A stretch of 64,000 bases of DNA from the IMG/VR virus record IMGVR_UViG_3300037471_000830; one strand, written 5' to 3'. A program made the position numbers and the translations under genes. This DNA comes from a virus. Its lineage: Duplodnaviria > Heunggongvirae > Uroviricota > Caudoviricetes. Below the pieces are notes generated by a model. That model ran no database searches. It was not told the DNA's origin and worked only from the letters and a program-made list of their open reading frames with translations. Below are positions 47,775-56,535 of this stretch, piece after piece. How positions within the stretch are numbered: the first letter of the stretch is position 1; every line of letters starts with the position of its first letter.

Positions 47775-48032
47775 ATGAACCACAGCACTCCCGAAACCCG
47801 CGCGCTGCGCGCTTTCTACTCCCTGCGTCACAGTGCAAAGCGCGTGCGTAAAGCGCATGGGTCTAAGCATCTTGCTTATCGTTTGCTGCTTGCGCATCAA
47901 GGGCATGCTGCTTATCACGCGCTGCCCACCTGTGAAGCCCGCGCGGTGCAAGGTATTGGGCGATACATCATGAACCCGCTTCACTCCCTTGCAATGCGCA
48001 CCATGCGCGCCCATTTTCCCGCTGGGTACTGA
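47775..48032 (+). CDS. hypothetical His/Arg-rich small protein
   Basis: in-frame ATG in ORF 47715..48032; weak. Confidence 0.25.
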   Translation: MNHSTPETRALRAFYSLRHSAKRVRKAHGSKHLAYRLLLAHQGHAAYHALPTCEARAVQGIGRYIMNPLHSLAMRTMRAHFPAGY

Positions 48033-48307
48033 CCGCCCGGGTCTGTCAAGCGAAACCCGAAGTCTTAGCGGGTTTCGTGCCGCTTGGCTCCCTTGCCTTC
48101 CTCATTCCAGGTCAAAACCCACCCTCCTTATACAGCCTGGCCAGGCACCGAATATCCGGTCCTTATAGAGCCAATCCCGGGCTGTCCAATATCCCATCCT
48201 TACAGAGCCAGGACTCCACAGTCCAATTTCCCAGGCTCCAATTTCCCAAAGTCCACTCTCCAACAGCCGAAACTCCAGGCTGGGATAATTCAGGCGTGAA
48301 TGTTCAC

Positions 48308-48637
48308 ATGCCCAAAGGAGATACGACGTTGTTCCAACACAAGCTCACGCGCGAGGAACAAGGCTGGGAGAAACCCACCGCCCCTGCGAGCAAGGAGTCG
48401 ATGCGTGCCCGCATCGCAGAGTTGAAAGCCGAGCTGGAGCCGCTGGAGCGCCAACTGGCCGAAGTCGAGGATCAGGAGCGCCTGGAGGCGATCGTCAGAA
48501 TCAGAAACCTCATGCGTGGCTTCGAGCTGTCCTGGGCTGACATCCTCCCGAAGAAAAAGCGCCGTGGACGCCCCAGGAAGGTCGAGAGCGCCGCCAACGA
48601 CGCTGTGATGGGTGACGCGAGCACGTCCGAGGCGTGA
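48308..48637 (+). CDS. coiled-coil plus AT-hook (KKKRRGRPRK) DNA-binding protein, H-NS/xenogeneic-silencer-like architecture
   Basis: N-terminal coiled coil (RARIAELKAELEPLERQLAEVED), C-terminal RGRP AT-hook; ATG 48308 with AAAGGAGATACGACG. Confidence 0.45.
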   Translation: MPKGDTTLFQHKLTREEQGWEKPTAPASKESMRARIAELKAELEPLERQLAEVEDQERLEAIVRIRNLMRGFELSWADILPKKKRRGRPRKVESAANDAVMGDASTSEA

Positions 48638-48671
48638 GTTCGGCGGCGCTTGATGCGCCACTGAGAGGTGG

Positions 48672-48851
48672 TCAGGTGCTCTTGCTCTGCCACGCCTTGC
48701 GCAGCAGTTCTTCCAGCTCAGCCAGCTTGCGCTTGCCAAGGTCGGCCCCGGAGTTGGTCTCCCACCAGCCGCCTTCGGGCTCGTCCATCTCCGTGCGGTC
48801 GATGCCGTCGAGCGTCTCCCTGACGCTGGCGATGAGCGTGTCGATGTCCAT
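48672..48851 (-). CDS. hypothetical small protein (last gene of minus-strand operon)
   Basis: ATG at 48851 overlapping upstream stop; part of ORF 48672..49106(-). Confidence 0.4.
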   Translation of the reverse strand: MDIDTLIASVRETLDGIDRTEMDEPEGGWWETNSGADLGKRKLAELEELLRKAWQSKST

Positions 48852-49180
48852 CACCGGCGAGCCTTGCGGCCCTTGACCTTGAGAATGGCCTCCACGAAGG
48901 CGAAGTCCGCTTCGTCCATGCCGGCGAACTGATTCAGCGCCTTCTTCTGCGCCCGCTCGATGACCTTCTTCCTGCGCGTCTCCTCGATCGCGGCTTGCAG
49001 GGCCTTCTCGTCCTTCGTGGCGAGCTGCATGAGGGCATCCAGCACGTCGGCGATGCTCAGGTTGTTCTCGCGGCACCAGCGCACGATGCGGTAGTAGTGC
49101 CGCCACTTGGCCTCGATGGTGGTGCGGACGAGTTCGTCCGAGTCGGCCATCTTGGGGTCGAGGGTCATGCGGCGGGGCAT
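48851..49180 (-). CDS. hypothetical protein
   Basis: ORF track minus strand; 2 nt after helicase stop. Confidence 0.5.
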   Translation of the reverse strand: MPRRMTLDPKMADSDELVRTTIEAKWRHYYRIVRWCRENNLSIADVLDALMQLATKDEKALQAAIEETRRKKVIERAQKKALNQFAGMDEADFAFVEAILKVKGRKARR

Positions 49181-49182
49181 GG

Positions 49183-50796
49183 TCAGGCCGCCTTCTTCAG
49201 GTCGGGGAAGCCTTCGGCGTCGTAATCGAAGTCCGCGCCGCCCAACAGGATGCCTTCGGCAAAGCCTGGGGTGTTGGACACGATCTCTCGGCGCTGCTTG
49301 GCGTGCTTCATCAGGTTCTCGTTGAAGCGGTCCTCGAAGTCCACGATGAAGCAGGTGTTCGGCCCCGCCTTCTTCGCCCGCAGGCCGCGACCGACACGCT
49401 GACGCAGCGCGACCTCGGCCTTGCCGCCACCGGCCAGGATCACCATCCCCACAGCCGGCACGTCCACACCCACATCCAGGATGGTCGTGCCAATGAGCAC
49501 GTCGAGCTTGCCGCTGCTCAGGGCTTGCAGCGCCCGCTTGCGCCCGACCTGATCGTCCTCACCCTGGATAAAGCTCGCCCGCAGACCCCGAGCCTCCAGC
49601 AGCTCCATCAGCCGCTCGCCGTGCTTCTTGTGCTGAACCAGCGCCATGACGGTGAGGCCACGGCCGACCGCGCGGTGAGCCTCGAAGGCAATCGCCTGGT
49701 TGCGCTCCTCGTTCTGCACGATGCCCAGCCGGTAAGCCGCCTGCCAGGCGGTGTTGCGCATCAGGTGCTCGGGCTTGGTGTGGAGCTGCACGAACTTGAA
49801 GATCGGGCGGGCCAGGATGCCGCGCTCGATGAGGGTCTGCTCCGAGACACGGATGGCGATCGGGCCGGAGGACGCCATCAGCCGCATGTTGGCTTCTTCG
49901 TCGCTGCGCATGAACGGCGTGGCGGTCAGCGCCAGCCGGTAGTGCGCGTTGATGCAGTGGCGCAGGATGTCGTAGTACGAGTTGCCGCCCGCCTCGTGGG
50001 CTTCCTCCAGGATCACGAACTCGAACTTGGACAGCAGGTTGATGGTCTGCTCGCGCAGCAGGGCTTGCTGACGCTGCTTTTCCGGCGTGTCCTTCGGGTC
50101 AGGCTCTGCCAGGCGAGCCACCAGGGTCTGCACCATGCCCACGGACATTTTCTTGATCGCGCTGCGCTCACGGCCATCGGCACCGACGATGGTGTGACCA
50201 AACTGGCCGTCGCCGAGCACGGACACCGACTGCTTCAAGTCCTTCTCGAACGTGTCCTTCATTTGGTACATGAGGACCGAGCGCGTGGTCAGGAACAGGG
50301 TGGGGCGGTTGATGCGGGCGAATGCCAGGCGGGCGATGCGTGATTTGCCGCCACCCGTGGCGACCTGGGCAATGATTTGGCCGTGCTTCACCAGCCGGCG
50401 CACAACTTCGGGCTGATAGTCGTAGCGCGGGTCTTCCGGGAACTCATCGACCACGGGATTCTCGGGACCAAGTGGCGCGGGCATGGGCTTTCTGACAAGC
50501 CGCACTTCGTAGCCATCGCGCTTCAGGTGCGCAGTGACGAAATGCACGAACCCGGCAGGGAAGGTGCCCTTTTTGAAATCGAGAAAACTGGATTTGCCAT
50601 CCCAGCGGCCGGTCTTAAACAGCATCGTGTTTTCGTGACCGGCCACGGTGTACGAAAGCGCGGTCTGGACCAGCAATTTGGCGTCGCGGTCGGGCTCGTG
50701 CAACTTGGCCGTGACGGCATTGGCAAGAATGGTGATCGTCTTCATTTTGGCTGTGGCTTGACCGCGCTCCATAAGGACATTATTATAAGTCATCAC
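49183..50796 (-). CDS. SF2 DEAD/DEAH-box DNA helicase (UvsW-like)
   Basis: motif I ATGGGKS, motif II ILEEAH, motif III LTATP, motif VI QRVGRGLR; alternative start at 50745 (MKTITIL). Confidence 0.8.
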   Translation of the reverse strand: MMTYNNVLMERGQATAKMKTITILANAVTAKLHEPDRDAKLLVQTALSYTVAGHENTMLFKTGRWDGKSSFLDFKKGTFPAGFVHFVTAHLKRDGYEVRLVRKPMPAPLGPENPVVDEFPEDPRYDYQPEVVRRLVKHGQIIAQVATGGGKSRIARLAFARINRPTLFLTTRSVLMYQMKDTFEKDLKQSVSVLGDGQFGHTIVGADGRERSAIKKMSVGMVQTLVARLAEPDPKDTPEKQRQQALLREQTINLLSKFEFVILEEAHEAGGNSYYDILRHCINAHYRLALTATPFMRSDEEANMRLMASSGPIAIRVSEQTLIERGILARPIFKFVQLHTKPEHLMRNTAWQAAYRLGIVQNEERNQAIAFEAHRAVGRGLTVMALVQHKKHGERLMELLEARGLRASFIQGEDDQVGRKRALQALSSGKLDVLIGTTILDVGVDVPAVGMVILAGGGKAEVALRQRVGRGLRAKKAGPNTCFIVDFEDRFNENLMKHAKQRREIVSNTPGFAEGILLGGADFDYDAEGFPDLKKAA

Positions 50797-50810
50797 TGAC
50801 TTCTATAAGC

Positions 50811-51470
50811 ATGTCCAGACTCAAGATCGAATATGGGCCGCCGACGCGGCTCGTGGCGAACGACTACAACGTCAATGTCGTCAGCCCGGAGAACCAGGCG
50901 AAGATCGACGCTTCCGTGTCGAGGTTTGGTTTCTTCAAGCCGATCCTCTGTCGGGAACTGCCTGACGGTCGGCTTGAAATCATCGGCGGCGAACACCGAT
51001 GGCAGGCCGCGCAACGCCTGGGCATTGCCGAGGTTCCCTTCATCAATCTCGGACCCCTGAGCGACGCGAAGGCCAAGGAAATTGGCATCGTGGACAACGG
51101 CCGCTATGGCGCCGACGACACGCTGCGCATGGCGGAATTGCTGGAGAGCATTGGTCTGGATGCCGATGAACTCGCCTCCTTCATGCCGTATTCCGAGAGC
51201 GACTTCAACGCGATCTTCTCGTCAGTCACTATAGAACTCGACGAGTTGGATCTTGACGAGGACGAGGCGAAGAAGCCCGAGTCGCCTCGCGAAAAGCCTG
51301 CCCAAACCGCCCAGGTGCTGCGTTTCAAGGTCGGCTTGGAAGACGCCGACTGGATTTCCAAGCTTGTGACCCGAACCATGAAGACGCAGGGCTTCAAGGA
51401 GGCCGACGAGCTGACCAACGCCGGCGACGCGCTGGTTCATCTGCTGCGAGGGATCAAGGATGCCGCGTGA
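50811..51470 (+). CDS. ParB N-terminal-domain (ParB/Srx) nuclease-like protein
   Basis: IIGGEHRWQAAQRLG matches ParB GxxRxxA box. Confidence 0.6.
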   Translation: MSRLKIEYGPPTRLVANDYNVNVVSPENQAKIDASVSRFGFFKPILCRELPDGRLEIIGGEHRWQAAQRLGIAEVPFINLGPLSDAKAKEIGIVDNGRYGADDTLRMAELLESIGLDADELASFMPYSESDFNAIFSSVTIELDELDLDEDEAKKPESPREKPAQTAQVLRFKVGLEDADWISKLVTRTMKTQGFKEADELTNAGDALVHLLRGIKDAA

Positions 51471-51651
51471 GAAAGCCCATGGCCCGCGCGGCTTCGCCGA
51501 GTGCCGCCGCTGCATGAACGCCGAGTACGACCCCTTCGCCTGCAATGGCTGCGCGAACGGGTCGGCCTTTGAAGCCTACGAGGAGGAGCAAGACGCCGAG
51601 GACTTCTCGCTGTCCGAGTTCATCTCCACCTACCGCGAGGAGCTGTCGTGA
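51460..51651 (+). CDS. hypothetical small Cys-containing protein
   Basis: ORF track. Confidence 0.4.
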   Translation: MPREKAHGPRGFAECRRCMNAEYDPFACNGCANGSAFEAYEEEQDAEDFSLSEFISTYREELS

Positions 51652-51803
51652 AGCTGGTTGTCCGCATGAACGACGGCAGCGTCCAGAAATTCGAGGACGA
51701 GCTGCTGGATCAGGTCTTCGAGGAGTCTGGTCCTGCCTCCGCCATCGGCCTGATCAAGCGCGAGCTGATCGACGCCGCCACCGTGCTCCTGCGCATCAAG
51801 TAA
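51648..51803 (+). CDS. hypothetical small protein (51 aa)
   Basis: GTG 51648 overlapping previous stop; manual translation. Confidence 0.25.
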   Translation: MKLVVRMNDGSVQKFEDELLDQVFEESGPASAIGLIKRELIDAATVLLRIK

Positions 51804-51810
51804 GAAGCCC

Positions 51811-52017
51811 ATGGCTACCACGACCATCAAGTATTTCTCCTACGCCCATTTGCCGCCGTTCTTGCAAATGGTGAGCAAGCCCTTTCACGAGTTGGCGCAC
51901 CAGCTCGAAGCCATGCTTCCTGACGGCCCGGAAAAGAGCGCCGGCCTGCGCAAGCTGCTGGAAGCCAAGGACTGCATGGTGCGCGCCACCCTCGACGCCA
52001 TGGAGACCAAGAAGTGA
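51811..52017 (+). CDS. hypothetical small protein
   Basis: ORF track. Confidence 0.45.
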   Translation: MATTTIKYFSYAHLPPFLQMVSKPFHELAHQLEAMLPDGPEKSAGLRKLLEAKDCMVRATLDAMETKK

Positions 52018-52406
52018 GACTTCCCCGACTGTTCCTGATGACCGCCGCGCTGGCGGCTTCCCTGAGCCTGACCGCCTGCCAGCCTGAAGTGGTGGCCGCC
52101 GCGCCGGCTGCTTCCGCGCCCCAGGTGGTTCCCGTACCCCAGGCGGCCGACAGCTTCGACACCGGCGACGCGGCCCTGGGTGCCGTGGCCGGCGCTGCGG
52201 CGGGCTACATGCTGGGCAAGGCCGCCTCGCCGAGCTACGCCCACCCGCCCCAACCGCAGACCGTGGTGGTGCATCAGCCGCCCCCGCAGAGCGCCTACTA
52301 CGGCCAGCGCAACGCCTACACGACCACGACGACCACCGTGCGCCGCAGCGGCTTCGGCGGCAAGACCGTGACCACCACGCGCACCGTGACGAGGGGCCGG
52401 CGATGA
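52014..52406 (+). CDS. lipoprotein with glycine-zipper (lipobox SLTAC; GAVAGAAAGYMLG) and Thr-rich C-terminus
   Basis: signal peptide plus LTAC lipobox read from translation. Confidence 0.55.
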   Translation: MRLPRLFLMTAALAASLSLTACQPEVVAAAPAASAPQVVPVPQAADSFDTGDAALGAVAGAAAGYMLGKAASPSYAHPPQPQTVVVHQPPPQSAYYGQRNAYTTTTTTVRRSGFGGKTVTTTRTVTRGRR

Positions 52407-53044
52407 AACCCAACATCCAAGTCTGGTCCGTCGAGGACGTGAAGCCCTACGAGGCCAACGCCAAGAAGCACCCACCCGAGCAGATTCGTCGCATCGCCAA
52501 GTCGATCAAGGAGTTCGGCTGGACGCAGGCCATCTCCGTGGACAAGGACGGCGTGATCATCGCCGGCCACGGCCGCCGCCTGGCTGCGATGGAGCTGGGG
52601 CTGAAGCAAGTGCCGGTGTGGGTGCGTGACGACCTCACGCCGGAGCAGGTCCGCGCCGCGCGGCTGGCCGACAACCGCGTGGCCGAGTCCGAGATCGACA
52701 CCAACCTCCTGCAAGCCGAGCTTCGCGCGTTGGACTTCGACCTCTCTGGCATCTTCGACGACAAGGAGCTGGCCTTCCTGGATGCCGACTTGGCCGAGCT
52801 CAACGCCGACGCCTTCGTCGCTGATCTGGACGCCGAAGTGGAGCGCCAGGCCGAGGAGACCCGCGCCAAGATCAAGGAAGTGGACGAGCGCACGATCCGG
52901 CTGGACCAGGCGTTCGGCTTCAAGAGCATCAAGGGCGCCGATGAGCGGGCGATTGCCATGTTCATGGCGCAGATCGAGAGCGAGACCGGCAAGGAGGGCG
53001 CCGAGGCCCTGGTCGAGCACGTCAAAACCTACCGCGGAAAGTAA
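52403..53044 (+). CDS. ParB N-terminal-domain nuclease-like protein (second copy)
   Basis: VIIAGHGRRLAAMELG ParB box. Confidence 0.6.
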   Translation: MKPNIQVWSVEDVKPYEANAKKHPPEQIRRIAKSIKEFGWTQAISVDKDGVIIAGHGRRLAAMELGLKQVPVWVRDDLTPEQVRAARLADNRVAESEIDTNLLQAELRALDFDLSGIFDDKELAFLDADLAELNADAFVADLDAEVERQAEETRAKIKEVDERTIRLDQAFGFKSIKGADERAIAMFMAQIESETGKEGAEALVEHVKTYRGK

Positions 53045-53051
53045 GTCATAA

Positions 53052-53459
53052 ATGACTGCCAAAAAAGTTGCCGCCAAGACCGAGGCCGTTGCCGCTACGA
53101 CGCGCGGCCTCATTACCGACGAGCAGGTTTATGCCGCCATGCCGCGCGTCGTGAAGGTCGGCTGCTATGACTTCACCATCGAGGTCATGGACGAAATCGA
53201 GGGCAACGCCAGCGATGCCTTTGGCTACTGCTATCCCGGCAAGCAGACGATTCGTCTCCTGTCTGGACTCAAGCGCCAAAAGCTCGCCAACGTCTTCCTG
53301 CACGAAGTCCTGCACGGCATCCACTGGTTTCACGGCCTGGGTGACGAGAACAACGAGGAGGACTTCACCCTGCTGGGCGCCAACGGCATGTGCGCCTTCT
53401 TCCAGGACAACCCGGACGCCGCGGCCTGGTTCATGGCGGCCAACAAGGGGGCGCGATGA
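53052..53459 (+). CDS. small HExxH zinc metallopeptidase-like protein (SprT-like)
   Basis: FLHEVLHGIHW motif with upstream GY.YPG..IRL pattern reminiscent of SprT/WLM family. Confidence 0.45.
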   Translation: MTAKKVAAKTEAVAATTRGLITDEQVYAAMPRVVKVGCYDFTIEVMDEIEGNASDAFGYCYPGKQTIRLLSGLKRQKLANVFLHEVLHGIHWFHGLGDENNEEDFTLLGANGMCAFFQDNPDAAAWFMAANKGAR

Positions 53460-53587
53460 CCATCGCCTTTGCCCTGCCCGAGTGGCTGGTGTGGCTGCTG
53501 CTGGGCTGGAGCCTGGTCTGCGGCGTGGGCGTCCTGTGGTTCGGCTACCAGCTCTACCGGATGTTCTGGAAGGGGGACCGCGCGTGA
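53456..53587 (+). CDS. very small membrane protein (43 aa)
   Basis: ATG 53456 overlapping previous stop; single TM helix. Confidence 0.3.
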   Translation: MTIAFALPEWLVWLLLGWSLVCGVGVLWFGYQLYRMFWKGDRA

Positions 53588-54258
53588 CCACCTACGTCAT
53601 CAACAAGCGGTTCTCCACCCACGTCCAGCGCAGCGACCGCGTGCTGGAGATCGCCGAGGCGTTCGGGCTGGGCCTGGACGACAAGGAGTTCGTCGTTTAC
53701 GACAACCTGGCGCTGGAGGTTCGCCGAGGCGACGTGGTTTACATCACGGGCCAGAGCGGCAGCGGCAAGTCCACGATCCTGCGTGAGCTGATCGGCGCCA
53801 TGAAGGCCGAGGGCCTGCTGGTGGCCGACATCGACCGCGTGGAGCTGCGTGAAGTGCCGCTGATCGACCAGATCGGCGACACCACCCAGCGCGGCCTGGA
53901 ACTGCTGTCCATCGCCGGCATGAACGACGCCAACCTGTTCGTGCGCAAGCCCAGTGAGCTTTCGGACGGCCAGCGGTATCGCTTCCGGCTTGCCAAGGTC
54001 ATCGAGTCCGGCGCCCAGGTGTGGGCGGCCGACGAGTTCATGGCCGTGCTGGACCGCGACACCGCCAAGGTCATCGCCTACGCCATCCAGAAGTGCGCCC
54101 GAAAGATGGGCGCAACGCTCATGGTCGCCACCACGCACACCGACATGGTGGCCGACCTGGCGCCCTCCATCACCATCACCAAGAAGTACCGCGAGAAGGT
54201 CCACATCGAGAGCGTGTGGGTCAAGGAACACAACGAAGAAAGCAAGGAAGCGCAATGA
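53584..54258 (+). CDS. minimal ABC-type ATPase (nucleotide-binding domain only, 224 aa)
   Basis: Walker A GQSGSGKST, Q-loop, signature LSDGQRYR, Walker B VWAADEFMAVLD, H-loop ATTH; GTG start overlapping previous stop. Confidence 0.7.
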   Translation: MTTYVINKRFSTHVQRSDRVLEIAEAFGLGLDDKEFVVYDNLALEVRRGDVVYITGQSGSGKSTILRELIGAMKAEGLLVADIDRVELREVPLIDQIGDTTQRGLELLSIAGMNDANLFVRKPSELSDGQRYRFRLAKVIESGAQVWAADEFMAVLDRDTAKVIAYAIQKCARKMGATLMVATTHTDMVADLAPSITITKKYREKVHIESVWVKEHNEESKEAQ

Positions 54259-54716
54259 CGCACCGCTACATCGGAACGAAAGAAATCATGGCCTGGCCGA
54301 CCGAAAAAGACGGCAAGCCAGGCTACAGCGTCAAGTACGCAGATGGCTACATAAGCTGGAGTCCGGCTTCCGCGTTCGAGCCGGCCTACCGTCGCGCTGA
54401 AGGCGGAGACCAGCGCCTGACCTTTGGCGATGCGCTGCACTTCCTGAAGCTGGGGCGACGCGTCGCCCGCGCTGGCTGGAATGGCAAGGGCATGTGGTTG
54501 GCCTATACGCCTGGCAGCCATATCGGGCGCGAATGCGTCAAGCCCGGCCACGCATTGAGCCAGGTTGCGGTCGATCTGCCTGAGCGCGACCTGTTCCGCA
54601 TTGAAGCGCACATCGACATGCGGACCTCTGACGGCTCGCTGATGGTCGGCTGGACGCCAAACACACTGGACGTGCTGGCCGAGGACTGGATGGTCATCGC
54701 GGAGGGCGCGCAATGA
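54255..54716 (+). CDS. DUF2829-family protein (Thoeris anti-defense Tad2-like fold) with N-terminal extension
   Basis: FGDAL.FLK.GRRVARAGWNGKGMWL and HIDMRTSDGSLM.GW..N..D.LAEDWMVI resemble the DUF2829 signature. Confidence 0.55.
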   Translation: MTHRYIGTKEIMAWPTEKDGKPGYSVKYADGYISWSPASAFEPAYRRAEGGDQRLTFGDALHFLKLGRRVARAGWNGKGMWLAYTPGSHIGRECVKPGHALSQVAVDLPERDLFRIEAHIDMRTSDGSLMVGWTPNTLDVLAEDWMVIAEGAQ

Positions 54717-55048
54717 TCGAAGTCACCTCCACCCGCCAATTCACCGAGCAAGCCATCACGGCTTCGCACCATGCCGCTGTGGTCGTGCTGTTCGGTGCGC
54801 CCTGGTGCGGCCCGTGCAAGAGCTACAAGCCGCTGCTTGCGCGCCTTTGCGACGAGCGCGGGGTCAAGCTGTACTACGTCGATGCGGACGCGCTGCGCGA
54901 GCTTGCCGGGCTGTACGGCGTGCGCGCGGTGCCCACCACCGTCGTCCTCAAGGGCGGTGGCGAGCTGGGCCGGCAGTCGGGCGGCCTGGCCGAAGCCGCC
55001 GTGAAGCACCTGTTCGCCAAGCACGGCGTTCCGATGCTGGAGTTCTGA
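54713..55048 (+). CDS. thioredoxin
   Basis: active site WCGPC in VVLFGAPWCGPCKSY context. Confidence 0.85.
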   Translation: MIEVTSTRQFTEQAITASHHAAVVVLFGAPWCGPCKSYKPLLARLCDERGVKLYYVDADALRELAGLYGVRAVPTTVVLKGGGELGRQSGGLAEAAVKHLFAKHGVPMLEF

Positions 55049-55050
55049 GC

Positions 55051-55248
55051 GTGCCGACGATCATCGAACGCGGCGAACTGCCGGAAGCAAAGGTCCACGA
55101 GGCCCGCTGCACCCGCTGCAAGACGCTGTTCAGCTTCAAGACGGCCGAGGCGCGGGCGAGCAATGACCCGCGCGATGGCGCGCTGCTGGTGATCCGCTGC
55201 CCGCTGCCTGGCTGCAACAACGAGGTTTGGCACGATGCGCGCCGCTGA
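55051..55248 (+). CDS. small zinc-ribbon protein (CTRC...CPLPGC)
   Basis: GTG start 2 nt after trx stop; ORF 54805..55248 frame. Confidence 0.4.
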   Translation: MPTIIERGELPEAKVHEARCTRCKTLFSFKTAEARASNDPRDGALLVIRCPLPGCNNEVWHDARR

Positions 55249-56170
55249 AGTCCTGCTGGACAACGAGGAGCTGCGCGTCGAGCGCCGGGAGGTTCCCAAG
55301 GACCACCGGCTCTCGCTGCTGTCGCGCTGCTACATCGAGGCGGGCACCAAGGACGATTGGAACCTGCTGCACGAGCTCCACTACAAGGCGGAGCGGCTGG
55401 GCATCGGCCCGCGCTACTGGCGCTGCGTCATGGACGGGCAGACCATCGGCGTGGGCGTCATGACCGTGCCCAAGATGCTCCTGTCCGGGCGCAACAAGGC
55501 GTTCAAGCACCTGAAGCCCAACCAGGGTGGCGGGCGCGACACCAAGCTCATGAACCGCCACCGCGCCGTGTGGATGAACGAGGTCATCTGCACCAACTCG
55601 CGCCTGGTCCTGGACACCATGTATCGCGGCGCCGGCCTGGCGTACCGGATGCAGAACCTGATGATGCGCATGACGGGCTGCCAGAGCATCGAGTTCCAGT
55701 CCTCGATGTCCAAGTTCAACCCGTTTGCAGAACGGGCTGGCATGCGCTTCACCAAGCCGTCGCGCGCTCAACACTACGAGCGGGGCCTGAAATGGTTCCG
55801 CCGCTGGTTCGAGTGCAACCCGTCCGACTTCGTGGGCCTGATGGACGAGCTGCAAGCCATGCCGGAGCGAGCCAGAGACAAGTGCGTCGCCGAGATGCGC
55901 CATCTTTATTACGCATGCTCTGCCATGGAGAAGTCCGGCGACAACCGCATGAACGGCACTTCGCGGGTGGATGGCATGTCCGTGCCTTACCTGATCAAGT
56001 CCTTGCAGCAGTTGATCCTCGCCAGCCCGCTTTATGGCGTGTACCTCAACCCTGATTTCGGCCGCGAGCTGCCTGATCGCATTCCTGTGCTCGCCTTTGA
56101 TCTCCAGGCCGTCGATCAACCGCTGAACCTTGAGGGCGTAAATCGCCTGAGCGCCGAAATAAATCAGTGA
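55235..56170 (+). CDS. hypothetical protein with GNAT-like motif A (LDTMYRGAGLAYRM)
   Basis: ORF track; GNAT call is weak, single-motif based. Confidence 0.5.
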   Translation: MRAAEVLLDNEELRVERREVPKDHRLSLLSRCYIEAGTKDDWNLLHELHYKAERLGIGPRYWRCVMDGQTIGVGVMTVPKMLLSGRNKAFKHLKPNQGGGRDTKLMNRHRAVWMNEVICTNSRLVLDTMYRGAGLAYRMQNLMMRMTGCQSIEFQSSMSKFNPFAERAGMRFTKPSRAQHYERGLKWFRRWFECNPSDFVGLMDELQAMPERARDKCVAEMRHLYYACSAMEKSGDNRMNGTSRVDGMSVPYLIKSLQQLILASPLYGVYLNPDFGRELPDRIPVLAFDLQAVDQPLNLEGVNRLSAEINQ

Positions 56171-56535
56171 CCGCCGTGACTAGCTCCGCAGACCTCTACC
56201 TGACCACCAAGCAGATTCAGCTTATCTCCGTGGTGGGCCAGCGTAATGACGATGGTTCCGCCATCGACCTTGACGAGTTGCTCGAAAGGCTGCCGTACCA
56301 GCCCTCCAAGCAGAGCGTGCAGTTCAGCCTCAGAGCCCTGGTCAAGCGCGGACTGCTCGCCAAGTCCGAGGCCACGGAGCTGCGGCGCGGCCGCAAACGC
56401 CGGCTCCTGGAGCTGACCGAGGCCGGCAAGACCTTCCTTGGAAGCCGCGCCCGCTCCCATTCCGCGACTTCCTTCATGGTTGCGGCTGACGAAGACGAGG
56501 GCTTGGAAGCCCTTGAGGCGCTGAAAATTGGTTGA
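56167..56535 (+). CDS. winged-helix (PadR/MarR-like) DNA-binding protein
   Basis: QFSLRALVKRGLLAKSE...RRGRKRRLLELTEAGK helix-wing pattern. Confidence 0.45.
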   Translation: MTAVTSSADLYLTTKQIQLISVVGQRNDDGSAIDLDELLERLPYQPSKQSVQFSLRALVKRGLLAKSEATELRRGRKRRLLELTEAGKTFLGSRARSHSATSFMVAADEDEGLEALEALKIG

